Below are positions 11,522-27,183 of a stretch of 64,000 nucleotides of DNA, piece by piece. The notes under the pieces were generated by a model that saw nothing but the letters and a program-made list of their open reading frames with translations, was not told where the DNA came from and did no database searches. Position numbers and translations under genes: made by a program. The DNA is from Cyanophora paradoxa CCMP329 (Eukaryota > Plantae > Glaucophyta), in assembly GCA_004431415.1 (NCBI GenBank), contig QPMI01000551.1:124001-188000 (forward strand), given 5' to 3'. Every line of letters begins with the position of its first letter. Position 1 is the stretch's first letter.

Positions 11522-13398
11522 ATGGCGGGGGAACGCTCAGCGAAGCGAACACGTGCAGGAGTGCCAGCCGGGGCGGGCGTAGTTGAGTGTTCCATCGTCG
11601 ACTTGCCCGACGGCGTCCTCGGCCATGTTTTGCAGTCAGTCTCGCTGGCTCGCGCCTGGCCGCTTCGTGCGGTGTGCAGGTTCGTTACTCGCCGGCTCTC
11701 CCGGGCTCGCGCGGTGGCAGGATCCTTGCGGGCGCTTACCCGCGGGCGCGCCCGCGCTGCCGCGCAGGCGTTGGAGGAGCGTGATCGAGAGCAAAGCGTG
11801 GGAAGATGTCAAGCTGCGGTCGAATGATCGCGCGGACTTTCAGCAGCTCGCGTCGCTGCTCCGGAGCGAGAAGGTCAAGCTCGCTGCTCGCGCGAGTGTG
11901 CGGCTGGACGCGAGAATGGGAGCGGAGAGCGAGAACAATTTCAGCCTCGTCGCATCGGCCTGCGCCGTGCTGGCGGCCTGCAACAAGGACGGCAGCGTGG
12001 CGGAGGCAGACGTGTGCTTCGTGGCAGAACACCGCGGTAGCCTGGACAGCGTCGTGCATGCTTTCATCCTGGGCACCCTCGCAGCTCTCCGGCCGCAGCG
12101 TGCGGCGCGCAGCGCTCTGGAGAAGCTCTCCATTCGCCTGCAGAAGCCGGCGCCGGCGAATCAGGATGAGGGCTACGTTGCCCGTCTACGCGTTCAATCT
12201 GACCAGCAAGCGACCGCCGAGGACCTGCAAGCGTCCCTGCAGCCGTTGAGCAGCCTCCGCTCCCTCGAGCTCATGCCGAACGCGTTTCCCGTGGACAGCG
12301 CAGCAGCGGCGGCCATCGCCCGCAGCCTCCCGAACCTTCAGGCGATCCACTTTCAGCCATCAGACTGCAGGGCGCTTGCAGCCCTCGCGCCCCTATCAGC
12401 TCTGCGCGACGTTGTTAGCTGCTGGCACACTTTCATTTACGACACGGACCCTTCAGAGTTCGGCGACGCCTTCTCCACCTTAGCCAACGGCCCCGCTGGC
12501 AAGTCGCTGCGATCGATTGTCTTAGATCCTGATGATTCCGAGTGAGTGCTCTCGCGACTGCGGCTCGCCAGGAGCTAAGGTGCTCGCTCTGACCGATTCC
12601 TGTTCACAGTAAATTCTTCCCGATCGACAGCACGTGTCTACACGCCATCGCGAAGTTTCCTTTCCTTGAGGAGATAGTTATCGACGTGCGTCCATTTGGG
12701 CCCAGTTCTGCTCTCGTCTTGGGTCCATAACCGCGCGACGCATGCGCAGCTCAGCAGCGACGAACTGGAGTCTGCTGACCTCGCGGCATTCAAATCGTCA
12801 AGCTTGCGAAATGTGAGTGTGAGACTTGACGTTGAGGAGAGGTTGAGCGTCGAGCGCTTGCGAGCGCTTGCGTCGGCGTTTGCGAGTTGCCCGAATCTGT
12901 CTTCGCTGACGTTGGATCTGGAAATCTCATACGGTACACCGGCTCTAGATCTCCGCATTTATCCCGCACTGACCTCTCGCACAGACACCGTGGATGGAGA
13001 CGTTCACGAGGAGCCGGATCCGGAGGCTCTTTCACGCCTCCTCCGCGCATGCAGGCAGTTTCTGTGCGGCTTGACGCTCGATGTCAGGCGGCCTCTCAGC
13101 GCGTCGGAGGCGGAGGCCATCTCTCTCTGCGCAGAGCTGAAGTCTCTGCATGTGCACTGCAGAATTCGCTCCATCGCAGAGATCGGCCCGCTGCAGGTAC
13201 GCATGCGGCATGTGCCTCGCTTGCACGTCGACAAAGAAGTTGACCCCTCGACAGCAACTGGACGTCTCCCTCGAGAAAGTTCCGTCCCCGCAATTCGACA
13301 TTCATATTCGCTATCAGGATAAGGGCTACGAGAGCGTCGTTAAGCAGTTGCTGCAGGACGCTTTGCATTTTGCTAAGATCTCTGTCGTTCTTGTGTAG
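11522..13398 (+). CDS. F-box protein with LRR-like region (multi-exon)
   Basis: MAGERSAKRTR...SIVDLPDGVLGHVLQSVSLARAWPLRAVCR|RWRSVIE (intron 11680-11767). LRR-like LEKLSI, LRSLEL, LPNLQAI, CPNLSSLTLDL, LKSLHV. Ends YESVVKQLLQDALHFAKISVVLV*. Confidence 0.78.
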
Positions 13399-13657
13399 TA
13401 TTCTAGTACAGCCGTGATGTCGTAACCAACATCACCTTTCTCATTCAATCTTTACAGGGCCCCGGCTGCGGGCCCGCATGCGCAGCCGGCCCCCGCCCCC
13501 GTCCACTGCGGGGGGATCGGGGTTCAGGGCGTGAAGTACCTTTGTCCGTCTCTCCCGTGCATAGGCGATATCTCTCGATCGACGTTTTTATTAAAGGCCT
13601 CTAGATCCGCTCTAGATCTGGACCGCGCGGCCGGGGGCGCCGATTGGCGCCGGCGGC

Positions 13658-13978
13658 AATGCACGTGAGGCGCGCAGTCAGTCGTCTTTTATATAGGCCT
13701 GGGCCGGGGCTTCTGCGTTCAAAGGGGGGATCCGGAGGGAGCAGGGGCGGGGGGGAGGGGAGGGGGGAAGGGGGAGGGCCGGGAGGCGAGGGCGGGGGAG
13801 GGGTACGAGGTCGACGCCGCTTCCGCCTACTGCCACCGGCCGCAGGGCGCCACGGGGCGGCGGAAGAGGCGGCGAGATTGGGCGCCAGATCTAGAAGAAG
13901 GGTTACGAGAGCGTAGTCAGGCAGTTGTTGCAGGACGCCTGGCCGTGCGCCAGGATTGATTGCTATTTATTGCAATAA
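13658..13978 (+). pseudogene. Composite duplicated fragment: copy of ~9386-9590 joined to a paralogous F-box 3' end
   Basis: AATGCACGTGAGGCGCGC...AGGCCTGGGCCGGGGCT...GGGTACGAGGTCGACGC occurs at both ~9386-9590 and ~13658-13840. 13894-13978 encodes KKGYESVVRQLLQDAWPCARIDCYLLQ*, paralogous to 13321-13398. Confidence 0.7.
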
Positions 13979-15083
13979 GAATTCTGTACATGTGCTGCGG
14001 TCTGAATTCGAAATTGAATTATTTCAGGGTCACCGCACATTTCCTTGGAGCTCGAGAGGGTTGCAATTCAATGATGATGATTGTGCATGTCAAGTTGTCT
14101 TGATGGGCCAGCTGCAGTGTTCAATTGCAAGCTTTGCGGGGGGGGCTTTATAATCATAACTCAGCTGCGCCTCATGATCATACCCAGTATACGTATCCGG
14201 ATCCCTGATCATGAGCCTCAAGCTCCGGTCTGGATCCGGATCCGGGGCTTCTTCGAGTACGTGTACCCCATAACTCAAGTAGTATACGTAACAGTTGGGC
14301 CTCAAGTACGTATATATACCGTTACTTCGAGGCTCCGGACCCCCCCACTCCGCCCGCGGCCCCCGCGGCCGCGGCCGCCGTGCCCCCCCACGTGCACCCG
14401 GCTCCGGATCCAGACCCCCGGCCCACCCCACCCCAGCGCTCGCCGCGGCCGTCCGGATCCGGGATCCAGGGCAACTGTTGATATCGATCTTCCTTGGCCT
14501 GGTTTAATAATTTCTTGATATCAAGGTCGATTGAAATCATCGGATGCCGCGGCCGCCCAGACGAAGGACCTCGAACTCGAGCTTGAATTCTAAGATCATC
14601 GAATGCACGGCTATAGCCGCTGACTCAGTGAGCTAGGCTATAGCCGGATCTAAATTTTGTTACATTCAGGCACAAGACAACACGAGCCAGACACATTTTG
14701 AGATCTAAGATTATCAAACTCGGCCGACACTGAAACTGCATGGTGCCGAGGTGCATATGGATGTAGCGCGGAGGGCGGGGGCCCTCCGGTGAACAAACTA
14801 CAAGCAGTGCACGCCCCGCGATCGGCCGACAAAACCGAGTCGCGGGGCTACCGGTAAGCAGATACGATACGAAAACACTCGAAGCGCAAACCACACGAGC
14901 TAGATAGAATTCGAGGGCTATGTATCCACAAACGGCCATATGAAATATGAATGCACGCTCTACCTCTACTCCATGTCCACGCCGCTATCCTAGGTTAACG
15001 ATCGAAAGCTTCGAGGCTTCCTCTCTTTACCACGCGCCGCCGGGCCGCTGGCGCCAGCCGCGCGTGCTCCCACCCAGGCGCGT

Positions 15084-18000
15084 TTAGATCTGATGGTGCG
15101 CGCGAACGGAGTCCGTCAGACCAAGCTCCGGGCCCTGAATCAAATATAATTTCGAGGTCTGCGCACCCATGCCTGGTACTCCTCCGACACCTCCTCCGCG
15201 GCGATCTCCTGGGCGGCGTTCTCGTGCTGCGGGCGGGCGGATGAGAGGGCGCGTCGGACGGGAAGGCGAACGTCCGGTCGGACAGATCGAAGCTGGGGCG
15301 AGCTAATGAGTGGTCTTCTAAGACCACTAACTGATTTTAATATTGAATCACATAGTGTCGTATGAGACTTCTTTCAATTATTAAGTTGCGCACCATGATC
15401 CAGGCCGGGTCCTGCTCGAACTCCTCGGGCGAGAGCCCCAGGGCGAAGGCGACCTCCTGGACTGCGTCGTCGAGCTGCCGGATCGAGCACTCCTCGGGCT
15501 GCGCGTGCAGGCGCCGCGGAGGCGCTTTCGTTAGGCGGGCGGGCGGCTGACTCGGCTGACTCGTCTGTCTACGCGCTGCGCTGCGCGGACCTGGGCGCGG
15601 ATGTCGTTCTGGCAGATCTGGGGCGGCTGGCCGCGGACGATCTTGACGATGACGGGCATCGCCGGCTCGTTGAGGGTCACCGCCGTGTCGGAGACCTGAG
15701 TCGGCGAGTCCGACGTCATTTCCTTGTGTGTGCCGGACCCGTCTAGATCTCCTCGCTGGCGCATGGCGCACCTCGACGAAGACGGTCTGCTGGGGCACGG
15801 CCTTGTTGATCTGCGTCGTCGGCTCGTTGACGTTGACCGTCACCTTCGGGATCGACACGTTGACGGGGATCTCCCTGCACGCTCGCCAGAGTCAAACAGA
15901 TGCATATGAATGTGCTTTGCCGGCGCACGGCATGGTGATGTTGATGGGGTCCTGGGGCAGGTTGACGGAGACCTTGGGCGCCGGGACGTTGACGTCGACG
16001 ACCGGGGCCGGGATGTCGACGCGGATCGGGTCGGTCGGCGAGTCGATGTGGACGGGGTACTCCGGCACGGTCACGTAGACGGGCTGCATCGGCACGTTGA
16101 CTGCGGCGCGCGGCGGCGAAGGCGGCGTCGGTAAGACCGAATGCGATTTGCAAGCGGGCGGGCGGGCGGGCGGGCGAGCGGGCGGGCGGGCGGGCGGGCG
16201 GACCGACGGAGGGCCCCTCGGGGATCTGGACGTAGACCTCCTGGGGCTCCGGCGTGATGCGGACGTGCGCGGGGGCGACCGGCACGTGCTGCTCGGTGGC
16301 CACGTCGCCGATGCTGACCTCCGCCGGCGGCACTGATCGCGATTCAGGCGGCGAAGCGGGGCGGCGGGCGGGCGGCGGGCGGGCGGGCGAGCGGGCCGCA
16401 CCGATGACGTCGACGTGCTGGCCGGGGGCGACGGCGTTGGCGGCCTCGACGCTGCCGACGGCGTGGACGGAGACCGGCGCCACGGTGACTGCGCGCGCGC
16501 GGCGGCGCCGGTCGGCGTCGGCTGCGGCGGCGGCGGCGCAACGGATCGAATGGGCGGCGCATGCGCACTGTCAACGCTGGACTCGGGGGCGGCGACCGCC
16601 TTAGCGATGCCGGTCGGGACGCTGCGCGCAGAGCTCAGACCGCGCATTGCGTGCGGCGCGCTTTAATTTCAGGTGCGCGGGGGGCGCATGCGCACTTGAT
16701 GGTCGGGGGCGGCACGTGGACGTTGATCTGGCGGGCCGGGGCGGTGGCGGTGACGGGCGCCGACGGCGGGTTGGCGTAGACCGGCGGCGGCGGCACGGTC
16801 ACGTAGATCGGGTCCGACTCGATGGTCACGTTCTTCTCGGGCAGCATCTGCGCGCGCGGACCGGACACGAGCGGCGCTCGGATTCGAACGCGGCCGATCG
16901 CGAGGCCTGGGCTCAAGGGGAAGCTCAAGGGACGGCACCTGGGGCCCGATGATCTTGACCGGGACGTTCTCGACGTAGACGGACTGGGGAGGCACGCTGA
17001 CGGTGGTGTTCTCCGGCGCGTTGAAGTTGACGGCGACATTCGAGTAGTCTGCCCCGATCGATACATGTCCGCGTCAGAGCTCCTCCAGAGCCGCGCGGCG
17101 CGGCGGGGCGCACCGTACGAGATGGGCGGGACGGAGACGGTCTGGCGGATCGGCTCCGAGGCCGCGAAGCGGACCTCCGGCTCGTGCGCCGCCACGGTCA
17201 CGGTCTGCGGGGGCGGGCGGACAGCGTTCAGACTCGGCCGGCGACGATTGCGAACGACGGGGCGGCGAGCTCGCTATCGCACCGAGGACGGGACGTGGAT
17301 CGGGGCGATCTCAGACGAGGTCACGTCGACGCGCGGGGCGTCGATGTTCACTGCGGGCGCCGTAAGCTTAAGCCGGCGCCGAACGCGATTTCTCGAGGCG
17401 GGGCCGGGGCGGGGTCACCGTAGACCGGGGTCTCCGGGGCCGCGACGTACTTGGGGGACGGGCCGACGTACGCCGACGCTGCGAAAGGCGGTGAGGAACG
17501 GGCGCGGGCGCGCATGCATGCGATCGCGATGAATTCAGAGCCGCCGGCGTCGCACCGTACTCGTACTCGATGGCGTTGGGGTTGACGCACTCGACGGGGC
17601 GGCACTCCTGCGGGGCGGCGACGGGCACGCTGGAGGTGATCGCCTCGCCGAGCGGCAGGTTCGAGAAGGTGAAGTCCCCGAACGCCTCGACGACCTCTGC
17701 CGCCGCGCCGTTCGTCACGGGGCGGACGGGCGGGGCGGGGCGGGGCGGGCGGACCCTCGGAGGACTCGTCGACGGTGGCGACGGCCTCGTCGAGCTGGGC
17801 GGCCGGGCAGGCGCCGCAGGTCGTGGGGATCTGGATGACGGGCGCCTGGCAGCCGCACGAGCCGTACGAGACGGGCGCGGGCGCCGCCTGCACGAAGCGG
17901 ACGTTCTCGGGGTGCAGGGGGCGGCAGAAGCTCTGCCCGTGGCCGCCCAGGTGGATCGACTGCGCGCGCGGGACGGATCGGACGCGGGCCGACAACGAAT

Positions 18001-21000
18001 TTCGCGAATTTCGGATCCGGAGGCGAACCTTGAAGACGGTGCCGTTGTTGACGACCTCGTCGGCGGACGGGAGCGGGCGCTCGTGGCGGATGATGGGGCG
18101 CTCCTCCTCTTCCTCGATCACCGAGCGCCGGCCGTAGCTGCGCTCCACCTGCGCTCCCGCGGCGGCGCCGTCGACCTTAACGTTATCGACAGGCTTCGCG
18201 GCTAGCGGGCATCGATATCGGCGAATTCGAAGAGCCGCGCGCACCACCTCCTCCTCCTCCTCCTCCTCCTCGAGCTTGCAGAGGCGGCTGCAGCCGTCGC
18301 CGTTGTGGCGGTTGCCGTCGTCGCACTCCTCATCGACGCGGTTCACCTGCCCCGCACAAGGCCAGCGGCGTCAGCCGAAATCTGAGCCGAAATCGAGGGA
18401 GCGACGCGCCTCGCCGTCGCCGCAGACGGGGCGCTCGACGACGGTGCAGCTCTCGCTGCAGGTGCCGTTGCGGGCGCCGTTCATGCTGCCCTCGTCGCAC
18501 TCCTCCGGGCCGTTCACGATGCCTGCGCTCCGCACGATCAATACAACTTCAGGTCAAATTTATTGAATGAAAGTCGAATGAAAGAGTCACCGTCGCCGCA
18601 GTAGATGCGCGGGACGACGGTGCAGGCCTTGCTGCAGTCGCTGTGGACCGTCCCGTTGAAGTGGCCCTCGTCGCTGCGGGCCGCCGCGCGCGTCAGCGCC
18701 GAAGGATGGAGGGCGACGGCGCTCAAGGGCGGAAGCTTAAACTTAAGCACCAGGCCTCGCCAGACTCGACCTTGCCGTTGCCGCAGACTGGAAAATTAAA
18801 GCGGAGGAGCGCAAGTCAGACGTCAAGAGCGGCGCGGGCAGCTGCGCCTGCGCCCGGAGCGCGCACCGGGCTCGCGGACGATCTCGACCTCGTTGCAGGA
18901 GGCGTCGCAGCCCGAGTTGTAGGCGCCGTTCAGGCTGCCGAGGTCGCTGCGCGCGCGGCCGAGGCGCTCGGCGTGAGCCCTCCGAGCCGAGAGGCGAGGG
19001 CCGAGGCGCTCGGCCGCGGCCGCGCGGCTCGCAGGGGCCATCCGCACCACTCCTCGCCGCGCTCCTCGCGACCGTTGCCGCACACGGCTGCGGGGGCGCG
19101 CGCGCGGGCCTGAGCCCAGGGGCCGAGGGGGCGGGGCGGGGCGGACGGACGCTCGTGGACGACAATGCACGAGTTCGAGCAGCCCGAGCCAGGCATGCCG
19201 TTCGAGACGCCCGCGTCGCACTGCTCGGGGTACTGCGAACGAGTCGATCATTATTCTAGATCTGAAATTCAAAATAAAACGCGAATCACTGAATTCACCT
19301 CCTGGATGCCGTTGCCGCACACCTGGACTGCGAGGAGGATCAGAGATCGATCGAAAACTTGATCTTGAAGCCGAGCGGGGCCGGCCGCGGGCGACTCACC
19401 CGGCTTCTGCTCGACCACCGGCTGCTTCTCGACGATGCGGACACTGTGGCACGAGGCGCTGCAGCCCGAGTTGTCGTCGCCGTTCATACCGCCGAGGTCG
19501 CTGCGCGCGGGCGCCGGCCCCGGGCTCGACCCCGGCCGGGGGCGGGGCGAGATCGAGAGGCGACCGGCGTTCGCACCACTCCTCGCCGTGCTCGAGGATG
19601 CCGTTACCGCAGACCGCTGCGGGGAAACAGGGCCGCGTCGACGTCGGCCGGGGGTACACAGCCGAGTCGGCCGGAAAGGGAAGGGGAGGGAAGGGCAGGG
19701 GGCAGAATCGAGGCGCCGGGCACGGCGGCCGCACCCATGTGGACGATCGAGCAGGAGGGGGAGCAGCCGGAGCCCGAGACGCCGTTCGAGGCACCGGCGT
19801 CGCTGCGCGCGCGCGCGCGGACGCCGGCGTGAGATCGAGAAGCGGGCCCGGAAGAGGGCGAGATCTAGAGGCGATCGGGGCCCGCACCAGGACTCGCCCG
19901 ACTCGAGAATCCCGTTTCCACAGACGGCTGCGGGGCCCGACAGGAAAGGAAAGGCACGTCAGAGCAGGGGGCGGGCGCGGTACGGGGGCGGCGCCCGCGG
20001 CCGCTGTCGAGGGCCGCCGGGGCGGGGCGCACGGAGGCGGGGCCCGTTGCACTCCATCGCCGGAGGCTTGGGCGGCACCTTGACCTCTGCGTGCGGCCCG
20101 CGCGCGTCGGACCCCGGCCCGGCGGGGGCGGCCGGGCGCGGGAGGGCCGCTCCGCGCACCGCCGGTGAGGACCTTGTTGCCATAAGTGCAGACGGCCTCC
20201 TGAGGGACTGCGGGGCGCGCGCGCGGCTTAGGCCCGACCTTCGAACTCCGGACCCGGGGGCGGCGGGCCGGGGCGGTTGGGCGATGCTCTACGGCTCACC
20301 CGTCTGCGCGTCGACACGAACGAAGCCCGCGAAATCCTGCGCGGGCGGCGGTCTCAATATTCGGAGCGGCATCGCGGGACGCGGCAGGGCAAGGGAGCGG
20401 AAGGGGCCACGCGCGCGCGTCGGCGATTTTGGATTCTTATGACGGGAAATAAGCTAAAACTTGTAGGGACTTGGCCGAGCCTAAGCCTGCCCAGGGCCAG
20501 GCGGCGAACGGATGTGCGCATGTCTCGAGACGCAGGCCTAGGCCTGCTAGGGCGTCGGGGAGTCCGACGAGGACTCCCGAAGTCCCGAGGCTTCCAAGCT
20601 ATGCTTCAAGAGATTCCACAACTCCCTAACGCGAACCCGCTCTACGCGCGGCTAGCACGCGGACTAACGGACGCGCTTATGATCATCGGCAACTAAGTAG
20701 GATCGGTCCGTAAAATCGGTTGCGAGCCGGGAACAGGCGATTCTAACGATCCATCCCGCATGCTAGAAGCCTATCGCGGATGATCCGCCGAACGCGGCGA
20801 CGGGAGGGCGACTAACGGACGCGCTAATCGGCGCTGTCATGATAACGTGATCTGTTGAAAACCGGCTGCGCGGGGCGAACGCTAGAGGCTATCGCTCGTT
20901 TCCTTCTCTGCTTATATGTCTAGCATCGGCGGCTCGGGTCGCCGGCGCGACGCCGGTCCGCGGCGCGCACGCGCATGGATTCGCCGGGCCGCCCGCCCGC

Positions 21001-21040
21001 CGAGCGCGGGCTTCGCGAAACCGAGAGAGCTCACCGACAT
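15084..21040 (-). CDS. Multi-exon protein with seven Myxococcus-type Cys-rich (DUF4215-like) repeats and a Val/Pro/Ile-rich C-terminal region
   Basis: Spliced repeats CG(N/D)G..E..E.CD.G..NG....GCS..C at ~19925, 19612, 19320, 19083, 18785, 18600 and 18424 (e.g. [31 protein letters not shown]). C-terminal VYVTVPEYPVHIDSPTDPIRVDIPAPVVDVNVPAPKVSVNLP. Start (ATG TCG|GTGAG at 21040) and stop (15084) are tentative. Confidence 0.7.
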
Positions 21041-21387
21041 GGCGAGGACGAACTGCTGCACCTGCTGCTGCTGGTGCGGCTACGCTTCTTCGGGATCCCG
21101 AGGGCGTGGATCGGCGCCCGAAAGGAAATTAAAGCGGTAGCCCCAGGGGGGGGTGCCACCGTCGAACTTGCCAAGTTGGCGCTCCACCGACGACCACCGT
21201 CTCCACTTCAAAACGAAAAAACGATTTCCGCGAAGTACCGAAGACTCGAGTCTCGAGCACATGAAAAATCAATCTCGGACGATTCGACCTCCAAGTTCTA
21301 CCCCCTCCACCTTTGACTGTACCCCAAATTGTTTTTCTCTCCATTGGCACGGTTCGACTCCGGAAGGAGCAGTTAGTTCGTGAAAAA

Positions 21388-24860
<3,473 letters not shown>

Positions 24861-25258
24861 GCTGCGCGGACGGACCCGCCGCCCGCCGGGCCAGAGACCG
24901 TGACCGAGGGAGGGTCCGGGATCCTGGTCTCCCCAGGCATCTCACATTCAGCTTCGAATTCAGCTTTCTCGCTTTCTGCAGGCGCGAGGGCTTTGCGACG
25001 GCCCTGCGGTGTACCATGGCCAGATCGAACAGTGTTGTTGTGTGTAAACTTTGAATAGACTTGCTTTGATCCCGCTTCCACTGGGCACCCGCCCTGGCAC
25101 GGCGATTGCTCTGATCTCGTAAACTACAGGGGACTTGAAAACAAACAACACTAGTACTAGAGTTCTGTGAGCATATGTGCATCGTACGTAGCTCCGCGCA
25201 TACGTCCCGGCGGTCTCCCTCGGGGTCGCCGGGCCCACCAAGGCTACAGCGGTTCCTA

Positions 25259-27101
25259 CTACTTCGCCGCCTTGGCCTTGTCCGCAAAGTACTTGGTGAT
25301 GCTGCGCGGGGCGGGTCGGGCCGTCACGCGGGCCGGCGCGGAGGGCGCGCGCGGCCCACTGGCTTCTTGTGGTTTAGCACGCTCGGGCGCTCTTTCGAGG
25401 GGGCGGAGGGGGCGACACGGCGCTTCGAGCCCCTATTGGGCGGGCGGGCATTCCGAAAGGAGGCGGGGAAAGCAAGGGGCGCTCCTAAGCGGGCGGGCCG
25501 GCGGCACCCTAAGGCGACCTTCGCGGGGGGCGGGGCGGGCGGTTTGACCGCGGAAGGCGGCGCCCTCGGCTGGGCGGCGGGACGGGGGCCCCGAGGGTGC
25601 CCCTAGGGGTCCGGATCCGGATCCAGCCGGCGCCTTCTAGAGGCCCAGATCTAATCTGCGCGCCCCGCCGAACCCTAGAGATCTAGAGCTGGACCTGCGC
25701 ACCGGGCGACGTTCATGGCTTGCGAGGCGGATGCCCAGTTGACCGCGAACTGCGGCGGGGGCGGAGGAGGCTCAGGAGATGCGGGGGGGTGGGAGGAGGG
25801 GGGGAGGGGGGGAAGGGGTCACCTTCGGGAGCCAGCCTGATTCGAAGCGGGGGCGGGGAGAGAGTTCATAGGGTAAACAGCGGTACCCCAGGAGACGGAA
25901 AGACGCACCCTTCGGGTCGACCTGGACGACGTACGCGATGCGGCACTTCTTCGGCTCGCCCGGGATGGGCCGGCAGACGTAGCTGGGGGGGGGGTACGCG
26001 ATCAGCGGCGGAACGGGCGGGACGGCGTCGCCCCGGGGTACGCACCCGGACACTGCGGAAGGAGGCGACGGGGGGTGCGCGCGTCAGCTGGGGCGGGTAC
26101 CGGTGGAGGAGGGGGCATCCGCCCCGCGCGCACTCATCAGCTCGGAGCGAACGTAGTTCGATTCCTGCGGGGGGGGAATAAATACAAAGGAGGGTAAGAG
26201 AATACAGCGCGCTTGGGGGGGGGGGGGGGGGGGGCAGACTTCTGGGGTATCCTCGCGCTCGATGGAGCGGCCCATGGAGACGACGGTGCCGTCCTTCAGG
26301 ATCTTCGTGGAGTCGAACCTGCGCCGGGATGGTTCCGTGGGCCTCGGTAGGGGTACAGGAAAGCGACAGAGGGGTACCAGAGCATGGAACGGTGCCAGAA
26401 AGGCCAGGGCACGCTGAACACGGCGTAGCGGACCTCGACGGTCTCCTGCGGACCCTCGCGGAGCTTCTCGACCACCTTGGCTGCGGCGCGAGTCGGATCA
26501 GATTTGATCGAGTCTGCGCGATGAGAGGGAGCGCGGGCCGCGCGCCGGTATCCTCGCGGAACATGTCATCCGTGGATTTGAGGGACCTAAGGGGAGGGAG
26601 GCGGTGAGCCGAGCGGGCCCACGCGGCGTGCACGAAGGCAGAGCGCACAGCACGAAGTCGCTCAGGAACTCGTACAGCTCCTGCGCGGAAGCCTCGACGG
26701 GCTCCTCACCGACGGCTGCGCGGGCGCACGTTCGCAAGGCGACGGCGCCCGGCGCTCGGAGTCGGTACAGCGCGGAGCGACGCGCACCGAGGACCTGGTG
26801 AACGACAGAGTCCGGCGTCGTGCGGTAGAAGCTGAGCGCGCGCGGCACAGCTCAGCTGCCGCGCGGCGCTCCGAACGGCTCGCGGGTACTTACACCTTCA
26901 CGCCCTCGCGGAGGCGCTTCCTGCACGTCGTTGGCGTCAAGTGAGCTCGCGGGGCGGCGTGCGGCGTGCGTGGCGTGGGGACGACTCGGAGCGCATGCAC
27001 CATTCGTGCCAGCCCGAGTCGCCGCTCTCCTCGCTGAACTTTACGAGCTGCTCGATCAGCGCGGGCTCCTGCTTCAGCGCATCGGCGGTCGAGGGCGCCA
27101 T
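25259..27101 (-). CDS. START-domain lipid-transfer protein (multi-exon)
   Basis: MAPSTADALKQE...SGWHEW, VRYAVFSVPWP, GTVVSMGRSIERE, NYVRSELM, CRIAYVVQVDPKGWLPK|FAVNWASASQAMNVAR|ITKYF...*; the VDPKGWLP motif followed by a C-terminal helix is typical of START domains. Confidence 0.85.
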
Positions 27102-27183
27102 CTTGCCGTTCGCGCCTGTACCCCGCTGAAATACAAAACTTTGGCGGCAAGCTCAAAACGCGCAGCGCAGCGAGCGAACAAGC
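27102..27183. promoter_or_regulatory. 82-bp interval between divergent start codons (putative bidirectional promoter)
   Basis: START ATG at 27101 (-) and NASP ATG at 27184 (+). Confidence 0.55.

Noticed and set aside
14560-14990. Short imperfect direct repeats (CACGAGC.AGA, GGCTATAGCCG, GAATGCACG) as an element
   Set aside because: The matches are short and no boundaries are definable.
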